From contig DYGA01000004.1 of the NCBI GenBank assembly GCA_020724865.1, positions 6,351-70,350 of the forward strand: a DNA stretch of 64,000 nucleotides, written 5' to 3'. Below, piece after piece: positions 36,910 to 47,188 of the stretch. Both the position numbers and the translations under genes were made by a program. Under the pieces are notes generated by a model, which saw only the letters and a list, made by a program, of their open reading frames with translations, ran no database searches and was not told where the DNA came from. The number at the start of each line of letters is the position of its first letter. Within the stretch, counting starts at the first letter, position 1. This DNA is from Candidatus Paceibacter sp. (GTDB taxonomy: Bacteria > Patescibacteriota > Patescibacteriia > S139-126).

Positions 36910-37998
36910 TTAGCGATCGTGCACATAGATGCTTTGCACTAAACCTAAAGCCAAAAGTACTGATAACAAAGAAGAACCACCAGCAGAAACAAGCGGTAAA
37001 GGCACACCGGCAACTGGTAATAATCCAATATTCATTCCAATATTTATCATTAATTGAACAAATATATAAACAATAACACCTAAAGCAATAAATTTACCAA
37101 AGTCCGTTCGGGCTATTATTAAAATTCTTAATAAACGATAAAAAAAGAAAAAATAAACCAATAAAAAAACTAAACTGCCCAAAAAACCAAAATTTTCTGC
37201 AATCACAGCGAAAATAAAATCCGTTTGTGCTTCAGGCAAAAATTTTAATTGGGATTGAGTGCCAAAACCTAAACCTCTGCCCCACAATCCACCTGAACCA
37301 ATAGCAACTTTGGCTTGAGTGATATTATAACCTTCTCCTAATGGATCAACATTGGAATTTAAAAATGTCATAATTCGTGTTTTTTGATAAGGCTGCAAGA
37401 AAAAATTCCAACTCAAAATCGCACCCAACGATATTAAAAATATGATCAAAATATAATGCCAACGTCTCAACGGCATAAAAAATATTGTTGCCAATAATAT
37501 AAAAAATAAAATCATCGCTGATCCCAAGTCCGGCTGTTGAATAATTAAAAACATCAAAATACCAGTTAATAAACTAACAAAAAAAATTTTAGATAGTAAA
37601 TTATTAGGATTTACTGAACTTGTGAGGAATCTGGCTAAAAAAACAATAAATAAAACTTTCACAAATTCTACTGGTTGAATACTTATTGGTCCGAAAATAA
37701 ACCAAGCTTTAATATTACGAACTTCCTCACCAAAAAATAGTACTGCGACTAATAACAACAGAGAAAGTAAATAAGATAACCAGCCATAATGCTGCCAAAT
37801 TTTATAATTTTTATTAACTAAAAACAAATAACCAAAAATGCCAATAAAAAATGCTAATAATTGTTTGGTAAAAAATGATGTTTTTCCTGGAGAATTATCC
37901 AAACTAAAAAGTATCACTAAACTAAAAATTACCAATATAAAAATGGCTGCTACTAGCAACCAATCTGAATTAATAAATTTTTGCCACCAATTTTTCAT
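36910..37998 (-). CDS. FtsW/RodA/SpoVE family peptidoglycan glycosyltransferase (SEDS)
   Basis: About 10 TM helices. Conserved SEDS segments (PQLGDF-like QPDLGSAMIL; FIFAVIAENFGF; C-terminal GVPLPLVSAGGSSL). Confidence 0.82.
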   Translation of the reverse strand: MKNWWQKFINSDWLLVAAIFILVIFSLVILFSLDNSPGKTSFFTKQLLAFFIGIFGYLFLVNKNYKIWQHYGWLSYLLSLLLLVAVLFFGEEVRNIKAWFIFGPISIQPVEFVKVLFIVFLARFLTSSVNPNNLLSKIFFVSLLTGILMFLIIQQPDLGSAMILFFILLATIFFMPLRRWHYILIIFLISLGAILSWNFFLQPYQKTRIMTFLNSNVDPLGEGYNITQAKVAIGSGGLWGRGLGFGTQSQLKFLPEAQTDFIFAVIAENFGFLGSLVFLLVYFFFFYRLLRILIIARTDFGKFIALGVIVYIFVQLMINIGMNIGLLPVAGVPLPLVSAGGSSLLSVLLALGLVQSIYVHDR

Positions 37999-38004
37999 GG
38001 CTAT

Positions 38005-38883
38005 CTAACGAATTAAATTAGGTGTTGTTTCAGGTACTAGACGGATATTTTTTATATCTAATGAATTAGCAAAAACTTTAACTTCGGTACTTAGATCTGA
38101 ATTCATAACTTTTGGCCATAAAATTTCTATTTGACGTCTTTCACCACTAGATAAATCACTGACTGTCAAAGCATTTACTCCTACAATTTTATTTCCTTGC
38201 CTTAAAATTATCTGAGTTTCTACATCCCAAAAGCTATAGGGCGAATCATTTACTAAATTAAAACTAGTAATAATATTTAACTGATTGGTATTGGTAAAAT
38301 TAGTTATCACATTGTCTGCTTTAACTGCCGGTTTAACCCAGTTATTACGACTATCTAACTGTGTTCGATCTTTGACTCTTTCCCATAATTGTCGCCTAAT
38401 AAATAATTTAGCATTACTTACGGAAATATTTTTTGCTAAATTAAAATGAATTAAATATTTTTTATCGCTAGGTAAAATGTTGGTAATATTGGCTGCGGTT
38501 GCTTGACCATCGATAATATAATAATATTCTAGTTCTTTTAACCACCAACGGCTATTTGTATTTTGCACTTCGGTAATTAAATCATAGCCAGTATTCCTAT
38601 CACCTACGGCAACAGTATCGCCCAGCAATAAAGGCTTGGGAGCGTTGGTAGTTTTAATCTGTTCATAATTTGGAACACTGATGGTTAACTCTTGTAACAT
38701 CGCCTGGTGTTGAGGGGTATTTTTTAAATAATTATAAAATTTCCACCCCGCATTTAAATAAATTACAACAATAAAAACAATAAATAAAATTATCAATCCA
38801 GCTCTGATTTTTAGTCTATGCCTAACCCACCAATAGCCTACGGCTAATTCTTTTTCTGTTAATTGTCCAAATTCGTCAGTCAT
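38005..38883 (-). CDS. hypothetical membrane-anchored protein
   Basis: Single N-terminal TM anchor. Adjacent to the SEDS gene with a 6-nt gap. No motif recognised. Confidence 0.4.
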   Translation of the reverse strand: MTDEFGQLTEKELAVGYWWVRHRLKIRAGLIILFIVFIVVIYLNAGWKFYNYLKNTPQHQAMLQELTISVPNYEQIKTTNAPKPLLLGDTVAVGDRNTGYDLITEVQNTNSRWWLKELEYYYIIDGQATAANITNILPSDKKYLIHFNLAKNISVSNAKLFIRRQLWERVKDRTQLDSRNNWVKPAVKADNVITNFTNTNQLNIITSFNLVNDSPYSFWDVETQIILRQGNKIVGVNALTVSDLSSGERRQIEILWPKVMNSDLSTEVKVFANSLDIKNIRLVPETTPNLIR

Positions 38884-38985
38884 GACTTTATTTTACCTTA
38901 ATTATAATTATTTTTAAAGCAATCATATTTAAGAGTTACAAACCAATAATAATATGATATAATTAGGTCAATATTAAATAACTTT

Positions 38986-39294
38986 ATGATAATTGAAACT
39001 ACAAAAGATTTATTTTGGCTATTATTTGGCCTTTCTATTGTATTATTTACATTATTTGTTTGTTGGGGAATGTTTTATATGATTATGACGATTAGAGATT
39101 TAAGGGAAACTATAAAAAATTTAAAAAGAAAACTAGATTTAGTCGAAGAATTTTTGACTACAGTTAAAGAAAAAATAACCGACACTTCACAATATTTAAA
39201 AACAATTATAGAAACTGTTATAAAAATTACAGGATGGTTTGAACAGCAAAAAAAATCATCCAATAATAAAAAAAATAAATCTGTTACAAAATAA
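38986..39294 (+). CDS. hypothetical small membrane protein
   Basis: One TM helix, coiled-coil-like remainder. Confidence 0.35.
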   Translation: MIIETTKDLFWLLFGLSIVLFTLFVCWGMFYMIMTIRDLRETIKNLKRKLDLVEEFLTTVKEKITDTSQYLKTIIETVIKITGWFEQQKKSSNNKKNKSVTK

Positions 39295-39466
39295 ACCCAA
39301 CAAAAATAGGTAAAATAAGAAATATTTACCTAAAATAAAAAAATTTTGTCGTTACATAAAATATGTTTTATAATTAAATACTGATCGTTATTAAAATATT
39401 AAGAACAGAGTCAAGAATTTAAATTTTTAAAACTCTGTTTTTTATTAGTAATTTTCCCCATAGTTT

Positions 39467-42400
39467 ATGAGTTTTGTTCACCTCCATGTTCATAGCCATT
39501 TTTCTTTATTAGATGGTTTGTCAAAAATCGATAAATTGGTAGAAAAAGCCGTAGATTTTCATATGCCAGCCGTAGCTCTAACTGATCACGGAGTAATGTA
39601 TGGAGCAATCGACTTTTACCAAAAATGCAAAAAAGCTGGTATTAAACCTATAATTGGTGTAGAAGCTTATTTGGCGCCTGAGGACCGCTTTAATAAATCT
39701 AGCAACCAAGAAAATAGATACTATCATGTTACCCTACTAGCTAAAGATCTGGCCGGTTACAAAAATTTAATAAAACTGGTTACTAGCGGGCATCTGGAAG
39801 GTTATTACTATAAACCAAGAATTGACTGGAAAATATTAAGTGAAAACTCTGAAGGAATTATTTGCTTATCTGGATGCTTAAAGGGCGAATTACCACAAGC
39901 AATAATAAAAAATCCAAATGATATAGATAAGGTTGTAAAAAAATATTTATCTTTATTTGGCAAAGAAAATTATTATTTTGAAGTTCAGCACCATCCAGGT
40001 ATTTCTGATCAGATAAAAGTTAATGAAGTTATTTACAAATTGGCTAATAAGTACGGGGTCAAAACAGTTGCCACAAATGACGTCCACTATTTAGAACCAG
40101 CAGACGCTGAAGCACACGATACACTTATTTGCCTCCAAACAAAAAGTAAAAAATTTGATCAAAACCGCGTTTCTTATTTACATGATGATTTTTCCTTCCG
40201 TTCCCCCCAAAAAATGAAACAAGACTTTAGAGACCATCCAGAAGTTATTACTAATACTTTAGAAATTGCAGAAAAATGTAATCTGGAAATACCAATGGGT
40301 GAATATTTGCTCCCCAAATATATTTTGCCGGAAGGGATAACCCCAGAAGAAGAATTAAAAAAATTATGCCTACAAGGTTTAAGTAAACGTTATCCGGGAA
40401 AAGAAAATGATGAAAAAATTATTTCCAGAATGAATTATGAGTTGGAAGTAATTAATAAAACTGGGTTTGCCTCTTATTTTCTTATAGTTCAAGATTTTGT
40501 CAATTGGGCAAAAAATAATGGTATTATCGTGGGTCCAGGTCGTGGATCAGCTGCTGGATCTATTGTAGCTTATCTTACCAATATAACCAATATAGATCCA
40601 CTGGAATATGATTTATTATTTGAAAGATTTTTAAATCCGGATCGTATATCTATGCCTGACATCGATTTGGACTTTGCTGATACTAGAAGAGACGAGGTCT
40701 TACGTTATGTCGAAAATAAATATGGCCAAGATCATGTGGCGCAAATAATTACTTTTGGTACTATGGCTGCCAGAGTAGCAGTCAGAGATGTGGGTAGAGT
40801 ATTAGGATTTCCTTATACTTATTGCGATAAACTGGCAAAAATGATCCCCATGTTTACTACCTTGGAAGAAGCTTTGACTAATGTCTCTGAATTAAAAGAA
40901 ATATATAATAACGAGGAAGACGCTCGGATAATAATTGACACTGCCAAAAAACTAGAAGGCATTTCTCGTCATACTTCTACACATGCTTGCGGAGTAGTTA
41001 TTACTCCTAAACCTCTAATAAATTATTTACCACTACAACACGCCACTTCGGATGACAAAACTATAGTAACTCAATATTCTTTACATGCTGTTGAAGATTT
41101 AGGCCTTTTAAAAATGGATTTTTTGGGATTAAAAAATTTAACTTTGATTGAAGCGGCAATAGAAATTATTGAAAAAATTCACGGTAAAAAAATTGACATA
41201 GAAAAAATACCAATAAATGATGAAAAAACTTTTGCCTTACTTCAGGCCGGCGATACCACTGGTGTATTTCAGTTGGAGTCAAGCGGTATGCGTCGTTATT
41301 TAAAATCTTTAAAACCCACAGAACTGGAAGATATTATTGCGATGGTTTCGTTGTATCGTCCTGGTCCGATGGAATTTATTGACGATTATATCAAAGGTAA
41401 ACATGGACAAAAAAAGATAACTTACATTGACAATCGTTTAGAACCAATTTTAGGTAAAACCTACGGCATAGCTGTTTATCAAGAACAAATTATGGAAATT
41501 GCTAGAAAACTGGCTGGCTTTTCTTATGCTGAAGCAGATGTTTTAAGAAAAGCTGTTGGTAAAAAAATTAAATCATTACTTGATACCCAAGAAAAGAAAA
41601 TGATTGATGGTCTAATCGCCAATGGATGTAATGAAAAAACTGCTAAAAAAATTTGGGAATTTATTTTACCATTTGCCCGTTATGGTTTCAATCGAGCTCA
41701 CGCTGCGTGTTACGCTATGATTGCTTATCAAACCGCTTATCTTAAAGCTAACTATCCAACCGAATTCATGGCTGCTCTACTTACTGCCAATCAAAATAAC
41801 TTAGACCGGGTCGCGGCTGAAATTGATGAATGTAAAAAAATCGGTATTGAAGTTTTACCCCCTGAAATTAATGAAAGTTTTTCTACCTTTACGGTTGTGG
41901 CCAGTACTATTGATGCCAAACATCCTAGAATTCGTTTTGGCTTAGCCACTATAAAAAATGTGGGTTTAGGTGTTGTTAAAGCCATAATAAAAGAACGTAA
42001 GGCCAACGGTAATTTTAAATCTCTCGCAGATTTTTTATTTCGGGTTCACGACAAAGATCTAAATAAAAAGTCTTTAGAATCTTTAATTAAATCAGGAACA
42101 CTTGATGTGTTAGGTGAACGTGGCCAAATGTTGGCTAACTTAGATTTACTACTCCAATATAACAAATATGCTAAAAAATCTGAAAATTCAAGACAAACAA
42201 ATATTTTTGGTCTAACAAATAAATCAGCTCCACCACTTAAATTAGAATCAACCGAAAAATCAAGCGAGGCAAAAAATTTAGCTTGGGAAAAAGAACTACT
42301 TGGTCTATATATATCCTCTCACCCTTTGAAAAGTTTTGCTGACTATTTACAACAAACCAATATCAAACCTTGCAAAAATCTATCTAATTTTTTAAATCAA

Positions 42401-42943
42401 ATGGTGTATGTAGTGGGAGTGATAGATAAAATTAAAAAGATTATTACCCGAAAGGGAGAAACTATGGTATTTGTAAATATTGAAGACTATACCGCATCGA
42501 CGGAAATAATAGTATTTCCTACAATTTATAAAAATACTCGTGAGCTATGGATAGAGGGAGAAACAATTTTAGTTAAAGGCAAAGTATCAAACAAAGATAA
42601 CGAAATAAAAATATTAGCCGAAGAAGTGAGAAAACTGGATATTAATAATTTAAAAAGAAATTTTCCGTTAGATAAAAAATCTACCAAAAATAATTCTTTC
42701 TCTCAAACTAATTTACAAATAATACAAGAGCAAGGGAAAATTTATTTACAACTCCCCCTTAAAACAAAAGCAAAACTTATTGAAGAGTTAAAAAATATTT
42801 TTCTTAGTCATCCTGGTGAAAAACAAGTGATGCTGATTGTCCGCCAAGAAAAACAAATTAGAAAAATTGCCACTAATTTCTCAATTAGTTATAATGAAAC
42901 TGTTAAACAAAAAATCGAGCTAGCATGGCAATATTATGGTTAA
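39467..42943 (+). CDS. dnaE: DNA polymerase III alpha subunit
   Basis: PHP domain N-terminus (HLHVHSHFSLLDG). Polymerase core motifs. OB-fold C-terminus. Length 1158 aa. Confidence 0.93.
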   Translation: MSFVHLHVHSHFSLLDGLSKIDKLVEKAVDFHMPAVALTDHGVMYGAIDFYQKCKKAGIKPIIGVEAYLAPEDRFNKSSNQENRYYHVTLLAKDLAGYKNLIKLVTSGHLEGYYYKPRIDWKILSENSEGIICLSGCLKGELPQAIIKNPNDIDKVVKKYLSLFGKENYYFEVQHHPGISDQIKVNEVIYKLANKYGVKTVATNDVHYLEPADAEAHDTLICLQTKSKKFDQNRVSYLHDDFSFRSPQKMKQDFRDHPEVITNTLEIAEKCNLEIPMGEYLLPKYILPEGITPEEELKKLCLQGLSKRYPGKENDEKIISRMNYELEVINKTGFASYFLIVQDFVNWAKNNGIIVGPGRGSAAGSIVAYLTNITNIDPLEYDLLFERFLNPDRISMPDIDLDFADTRRDEVLRYVENKYGQDHVAQIITFGTMAARVAVRDVGRVLGFPYTYCDKLAKMIPMFTTLEEALTNVSELKEIYNNEEDARIIIDTAKKLEGISRHTSTHACGVVITPKPLINYLPLQHATSDDKTIVTQYSLHAVEDLGLLKMDFLGLKNLTLIEAAIEIIEKIHGKKIDIEKIPINDEKTFALLQAGDTTGVFQLESSGMRRYLKSLKPTELEDIIAMVSLYRPGPMEFIDDYIKGKHGQKKITYIDNRLEPILGKTYGIAVYQEQIMEIARKLAGFSYAEADVLRKAVGKKIKSLLDTQEKKMIDGLIANGCNEKTAKKIWEFILPFARYGFNRAHAACYAMIAYQTAYLKANYPTEFMAALLTANQNNLDRVAAEIDECKKIGIEVLPPEINESFSTFTVVASTIDAKHPRIRFGLATIKNVGLGVVKAIIKERKANGNFKSLADFLFRVHDKDLNKKSLESLIKSGTLDVLGERGQMLANLDLLLQYNKYAKKSENSRQTNIFGLTNKSAPPLKLESTEKSSEAKNLAWEKELLGLYISSHPLKSFADYLQQTNIKPCKNLSNFLNQMVYVVGVIDKIKKIITRKGETMVFVNIEDYTASTEIIVFPTIYKNTRELWIEGETILVKGKVSNKDNEIKILAEEVRKLDINNLKRNFPLDKKSTKNNSFSQTNLQIIQEQGKIYLQLPLKTKAKLIEELKNIFLSHPGEKQVMLIVRQEKQIRKIATNFSISYNETVKQKIELAWQYYG

Positions 42944-44084
42944 AATAAATTCACCAAAAAATAAAGAACCTAAAGCTGCAATCTCTAAAGTTAACAGACA
43001 AATTACCGTTGGTTTTGTTTTGACTACTATCTCTCTTATCGTGATTATTGCCTATTTTTCACTATCTAGAGCAATTATTTATATTACTCCTGAAAAATTT
43101 TCTGTCGAGGCAAGCGCTGAATTGCAAATATTACCTGAAGTAACCTCAACCTTAACTAGTTCAAATATTTTGCCCGGAATTGTTACCTCTACTATTCTAA
43201 GTGCTCAAAATCAATTTTCCCCTTCAGAAAAAACAACCATTCAAGAAAAAGCTACCGGCATAGTGACTATTATAAATAATTATTCCCGAAATCAAACTTT
43301 AGTAGCAACTACTAGATTATTATCTCCAAAAAATATGCTTTACCGCACTACAGAGACGGTGATTGTTCCGGCCGGCGGTAGCGTTCAAGTGCCTATCATA
43401 GCCGACGGTTCTGGTGATGAATATGAAACCGAACCAACAAATTTTACTATTCCCGGTCTATGGGAAGGACTCCAAAATAAAATATATGCTGTAGCTGATG
43501 GAAAAATAACGAAAAAAACAACCAGCATGCGAATCATCACCCCTCAAGATCTAGAAAACGCTAAAGATGAACTCCTGATTACACTAGATAAAAAAGCTAA
43601 ACAAGAAGTGATTAACCGTGATGACTACTTGAGTATCACAAATATTACTCTAATTTCTACCAGCACTTCTAATCCAGTCGGAGCAGATGTAAATAGTTAT
43701 GAAATGAAAATAACAGCCAAAGTTGATATTGTGGCTTTTTCTAAAAATGATTTAGAAAAACTAGCTGTCAATAACCTAAAAAATTCTTTACCTGATAAAC
43801 AAACCTATCTAAATCATGACCCGGAATCTCTGACTTATGATTTATTAGATTATAGTTTAAATCCGCCATCAGCAAATATTAAAATCAACATCAAAGGGAC
43901 GGCTATAGCTGATATTCTTGATCAATTTAGCAAAAAAGATATTTTAGGTTTTTCCGAACAAGATGTTTTAGAATATTTTAAAAATAAATTTAATATCACC
44001 AATATTCAAGTTCATTTTTCTCCGAGTTGGGTAAAATCTATACCTCCTCTAGAGGATCATGTGGAAATAAAAATAGTGAAATAA
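42936..44084 (+). CDS. hypothetical membrane-anchored protein
   Basis: N-terminal TM anchor. 8-nt overlap with dnaE. Ser/Thr/Asn-rich extracytoplasmic domain. Confidence 0.45.
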   Translation: MVKINSPKNKEPKAAISKVNRQITVGFVLTTISLIVIIAYFSLSRAIIYITPEKFSVEASAELQILPEVTSTLTSSNILPGIVTSTILSAQNQFSPSEKTTIQEKATGIVTIINNYSRNQTLVATTRLLSPKNMLYRTTETVIVPAGGSVQVPIIADGSGDEYETEPTNFTIPGLWEGLQNKIYAVADGKITKKTTSMRIITPQDLENAKDELLITLDKKAKQEVINRDDYLSITNITLISTSTSNPVGADVNSYEMKITAKVDIVAFSKNDLEKLAVNNLKNSLPDKQTYLNHDPESLTYDLLDYSLNPPSANIKINIKGTAIADILDQFSKKDILGFSEQDVLEYFKNKFNITNIQVHFSPSWVKSIPPLEDHVEIKIVK

Positions 44085-44109
44085 TTTAAGAGTTGACAAT
44101 AAAATTAAT

Positions 44110-44345
44110 AAAAACTACTATACAGATACTAGGACACGTAGCCAAATCACTCCTTAACAGAGAGAAAAAGCCATAGGCTGAAAGCTTTTTCTAAGGTAAG
44201 TCTTGAGCTATACCACCTAGTTTCTGCTCAGCAGAATAAATTAATAGGTTTTCAAAAGAGTGTCTCTATTCTTAGAGAAATTCGGGTGGAACCGTCCTAA
44301 TTAATCCTAGGACCCCGAAAGCATAGTGCTTTGGGGATTTTTTAT
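44110..44345 (+). promoter_or_regulatory. T-box riboswitch leader (Thr specifier) upstream of thrS
   Basis: Conserved T-box sequence aaattcGGGTGGaACCGtcc at about 44278-44297. Candidate specifier region gagctatACCACCtag at 44206-44220 (Thr codon ACC). AGAGA-type stem-I motif at 44158-44165. Terminator hairpin ccccgaaagca-tagt-gctttgggg (44313-44335), followed by attttttattt. Confidence 0.6.
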
Positions 44346-44670
44346 TTAAAACCCTAAAGTTCATCAGAAATTATTATTTGTCCTTTATAAAAAAACTTTG
44401 CCAGCTTGAAAACGGTCAATACTAATATCCTATATAAATAATTACTTTGATCATATCGTTTCAGTATTGGCATGTAAACCAGGCATTACTCAAACTTGTA
44501 AATTTGGAAAATTTTCTATTATAATTTTACTGATAGCCAACTAAAATTAAATTCGTTGAGATATTATTATCAAATAAAGCTCTTTCTTTAAAAATATTAT
44601 TAATAAACAAAATTTTCATTTTTAGCTCCTATTATTTAAAATAAACAATTAAGAAATATAAATTAAAAAT

Positions 44671-46431
44671 ATGTCAATATCAAAAAAATCAGACCAAACG
44701 GAACTAGATGCACTAAGACACTCTGCGGCTCATTTATTAGCTGCCGCGGTTCTGGAATTGTGGCCAGATACTAAAAACACAATTGGTCCGGCAATTGCCA
44801 ACGGCTTTTACTATGATTTTGAATTTCAACATCCTATTTCGGAAAATGATTTACCACTAATTGAAAATAAAATGCGAGAACTTATAGCAACTTGGGATGA
44901 ATTCAAACGTGAGGAAGTTGACCTAAAAAAAGCCAAAGAAATTTATCATGATAATCAATACAAATTGGAATTGATAGAACAATTCTCCAGCGAAGGTAAA
45001 ACTTTAACTTTATTTCATTCAGGTAAATTTACTGACCTTTGCCGAGGCGGACACATATCAAAGCCAAATAAAGAACTAAAATATTTTAAACTTTTATCTT
45101 TAGCCGGGGCCTATTGGCGAGGTAACGAAAAAAATACTATGCTCACACGTATTTACGGAACGGCTTTTTTTTCTCAAAAAGAACTAGATGAATATTTAAA
45201 TAAACTTGAAGAAGCAAAAAAACGTGATCATAGAAAAATTGGCCAAGACCAAGAACTTTTCTTTTTTGATCCTTTAGTGGGTAAAGGTCTGCCAATTTGG
45301 TTACCAAAAGGAACAATTATTAAAAACGAAATCGAAAAATTAGCTATAAAATTTGAAAATGAATATGGTTATCAAAGAATTTCAACTCCTCATTTAGCTA
45401 AAGAAGAATTATATCTCACTTCTGGCCACCTACCATATTATCAAGATTCAATGTATCCAGCTATGGTCATGGATGACGGGACTTATTATTTAAAAGCTAT
45501 GAATTGTCCTCATCATCATATTATTTTTAAATCAAAACCTAGAAGTTATCGCGACCTACCAATAAGATTAGCAGAATATGGTACGGTTTATCGTAATGAG
45601 CTTTCGGGTACTTTGGCAGGACTGCTCCGAGTTAGATCGCTACAAATGAATGATGCTCATATTTATTGTCGTAAAGATCAAATCAAAGATGAAGTTAAAA
45701 AAGTTATTACATTAAATTTAGAACTATTTAAAATATTTGGGTTAAAAAATTTTTGGTTTAGACTTTCAAAATGGGATCCTAACCATAAAGAAAAATATGT
45801 TGATGAGCCAACCAATTGGGAAGATTGTCAAAATATTCTACGTGAAGTATTAGCCGAAAATAAATTAGATTTTATTGAAGTAGATGATGAAGCCGCTTTT
45901 TACGGACCAAAAATAGATGTTCAATTTGAATCAGTTATTGGCCGGGAAGAAACTATGTCTACTATTCAACTTGATTTTGTTGCCAAAACAAAATTTAATC
46001 TTTCTTATACAGATAATCAAGGTAAAGAAAATAATGAAATTTTTGTAATTCACCGCGCTCCTCTATCAACCCACGAAAGATTTATGGCCTTTTTAATTGA
46101 ACATTACGCTGGCACTTGGCCAGTTTGGCTCTCACCTATTCAAGTTGCGATAATTTCCGTGGGTAAAGAACATCATAACTTTTGTCAGCAATTGGCTGAA
46201 GAATTTAAAAAAACTAATATTCGCGTTGAAGTTGACGATGCTAATGAAACAGTTGGTAATAAAATTCGCAAAGCCAGCCACAATAAAATACCTTATATTT
46301 TGGTAATTGGGGACAAAGAAATGAAATCGGAAGAACTAGCAGTTCGAGTTCGGGGACAAGAAAAATTACTAAAAATCAGAAAAAAAGAGTTTATTGATCA
46401 TGTGCTAAAAGAAGTAAACGATCATCAATAA
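44671..46431 (+). CDS. thrS: threonyl-tRNA synthetase (lacks N-terminal TGS domain)
   Basis: Begins in the N2/editing region (RHSAAHLL). Class II motifs and anticodon-binding domain present. 586 aa versus about 640 for full-length enzymes. Confidence 0.9.
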   Translation: MSISKKSDQTELDALRHSAAHLLAAAVLELWPDTKNTIGPAIANGFYYDFEFQHPISENDLPLIENKMRELIATWDEFKREEVDLKKAKEIYHDNQYKLELIEQFSSEGKTLTLFHSGKFTDLCRGGHISKPNKELKYFKLLSLAGAYWRGNEKNTMLTRIYGTAFFSQKELDEYLNKLEEAKKRDHRKIGQDQELFFFDPLVGKGLPIWLPKGTIIKNEIEKLAIKFENEYGYQRISTPHLAKEELYLTSGHLPYYQDSMYPAMVMDDGTYYLKAMNCPHHHIIFKSKPRSYRDLPIRLAEYGTVYRNELSGTLAGLLRVRSLQMNDAHIYCRKDQIKDEVKKVITLNLELFKIFGLKNFWFRLSKWDPNHKEKYVDEPTNWEDCQNILREVLAENKLDFIEVDDEAAFYGPKIDVQFESVIGREETMSTIQLDFVAKTKFNLSYTDNQGKENNEIFVIHRAPLSTHERFMAFLIEHYAGTWPVWLSPIQVAIISVGKEHHNFCQQLAEEFKKTNIRVEVDDANETVGNKIRKASHNKIPYILVIGDKEMKSEELAVRVRGQEKLLKIRKKEFIDHVLKEVNDHQ

Positions 46432-46570
46432 ATTAAAATAATTTCATAAAACAAACCTCAAACTTGAGGTTTGTTTTATGATTGACAAATTTTAAAAAAA
46501 ATGATAATTTTTTTTATTAAACTTTAAAAACCTATCACAAATCTACAAAAAAAATAAAGGAGTATCAATA

Positions 46571-47038
46571 ATGAATGCTATTACCGGCTCAAATAATAAT
46601 TTAGCCAAGGTTGTCTTGGCTGAATATCGCCGAATATTTGTCTGTGATAATGTAGCAGTAAAAATTCCTCTCATGGGTAAATATATGCGTTATGATTCTG
46701 CACATAAAATTTCTGTTAATGGCAAAACCATATATATTCCAGGACACTATGTGCTAGGATTTATTTTTCCTGGCAAAATTATAATGTACAGACACTTTTA
46801 TATTTCTGAGGAATCATTGGGGAAAACCATTAATGCAAAAATTGTTCTTTACAAAAAAGTATATTTGGACAAACGTGTCCAATATATTCTAGATGTCAAA
46901 CCACAATCTTCTTCGAGTCCAAGATATGAGTTGAAAATAATTACTGAAAAACCTACGAAAAACAAGGATCTTGGTCCATTAATTTGTCTGGAAGGCAAAG
47001 CAATTGGTAAAATTGCTTGCCGAGAAATTATTCAATAA
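46571..47038 (+). CDS. hypothetical protein (155 aa)
   Basis: SD AAAGGAG 9 nt upstream. Own terminator downstream. No homology recognised. Confidence 0.4.
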   Translation: MNAITGSNNNLAKVVLAEYRRIFVCDNVAVKIPLMGKYMRYDSAHKISVNGKTIYIPGHYVLGFIFPGKIIMYRHFYISEESLGKTINAKIVLYKKVYLDKRVQYILDVKPQSSSSPRYELKIITEKPTKNKDLGPLICLEGKAIGKIACREIIQ

Positions 47039-47043
47039 AATAA

Positions 47044-47082
47044 ATAAGGACGGCTTTCTGGCTGTCCTTTATTAATATTTTT
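47044..47082 (+). terminator. intrinsic terminator
   Basis: Hairpin aaggacggc-tttct-ggctgtcctt (47046-47069, one G-U pair), followed by tattaatatttttt. Confidence 0.5.
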
Positions 47083-47188
47083 TAACTTGGAATTATATTA
47101 ATTTAAAATTATTAACATATTTTTTAATTATCAATCTTAAATTCTTGCTTCTTATTATTTTATTCTATATAATACAAAGCACAAAAAT

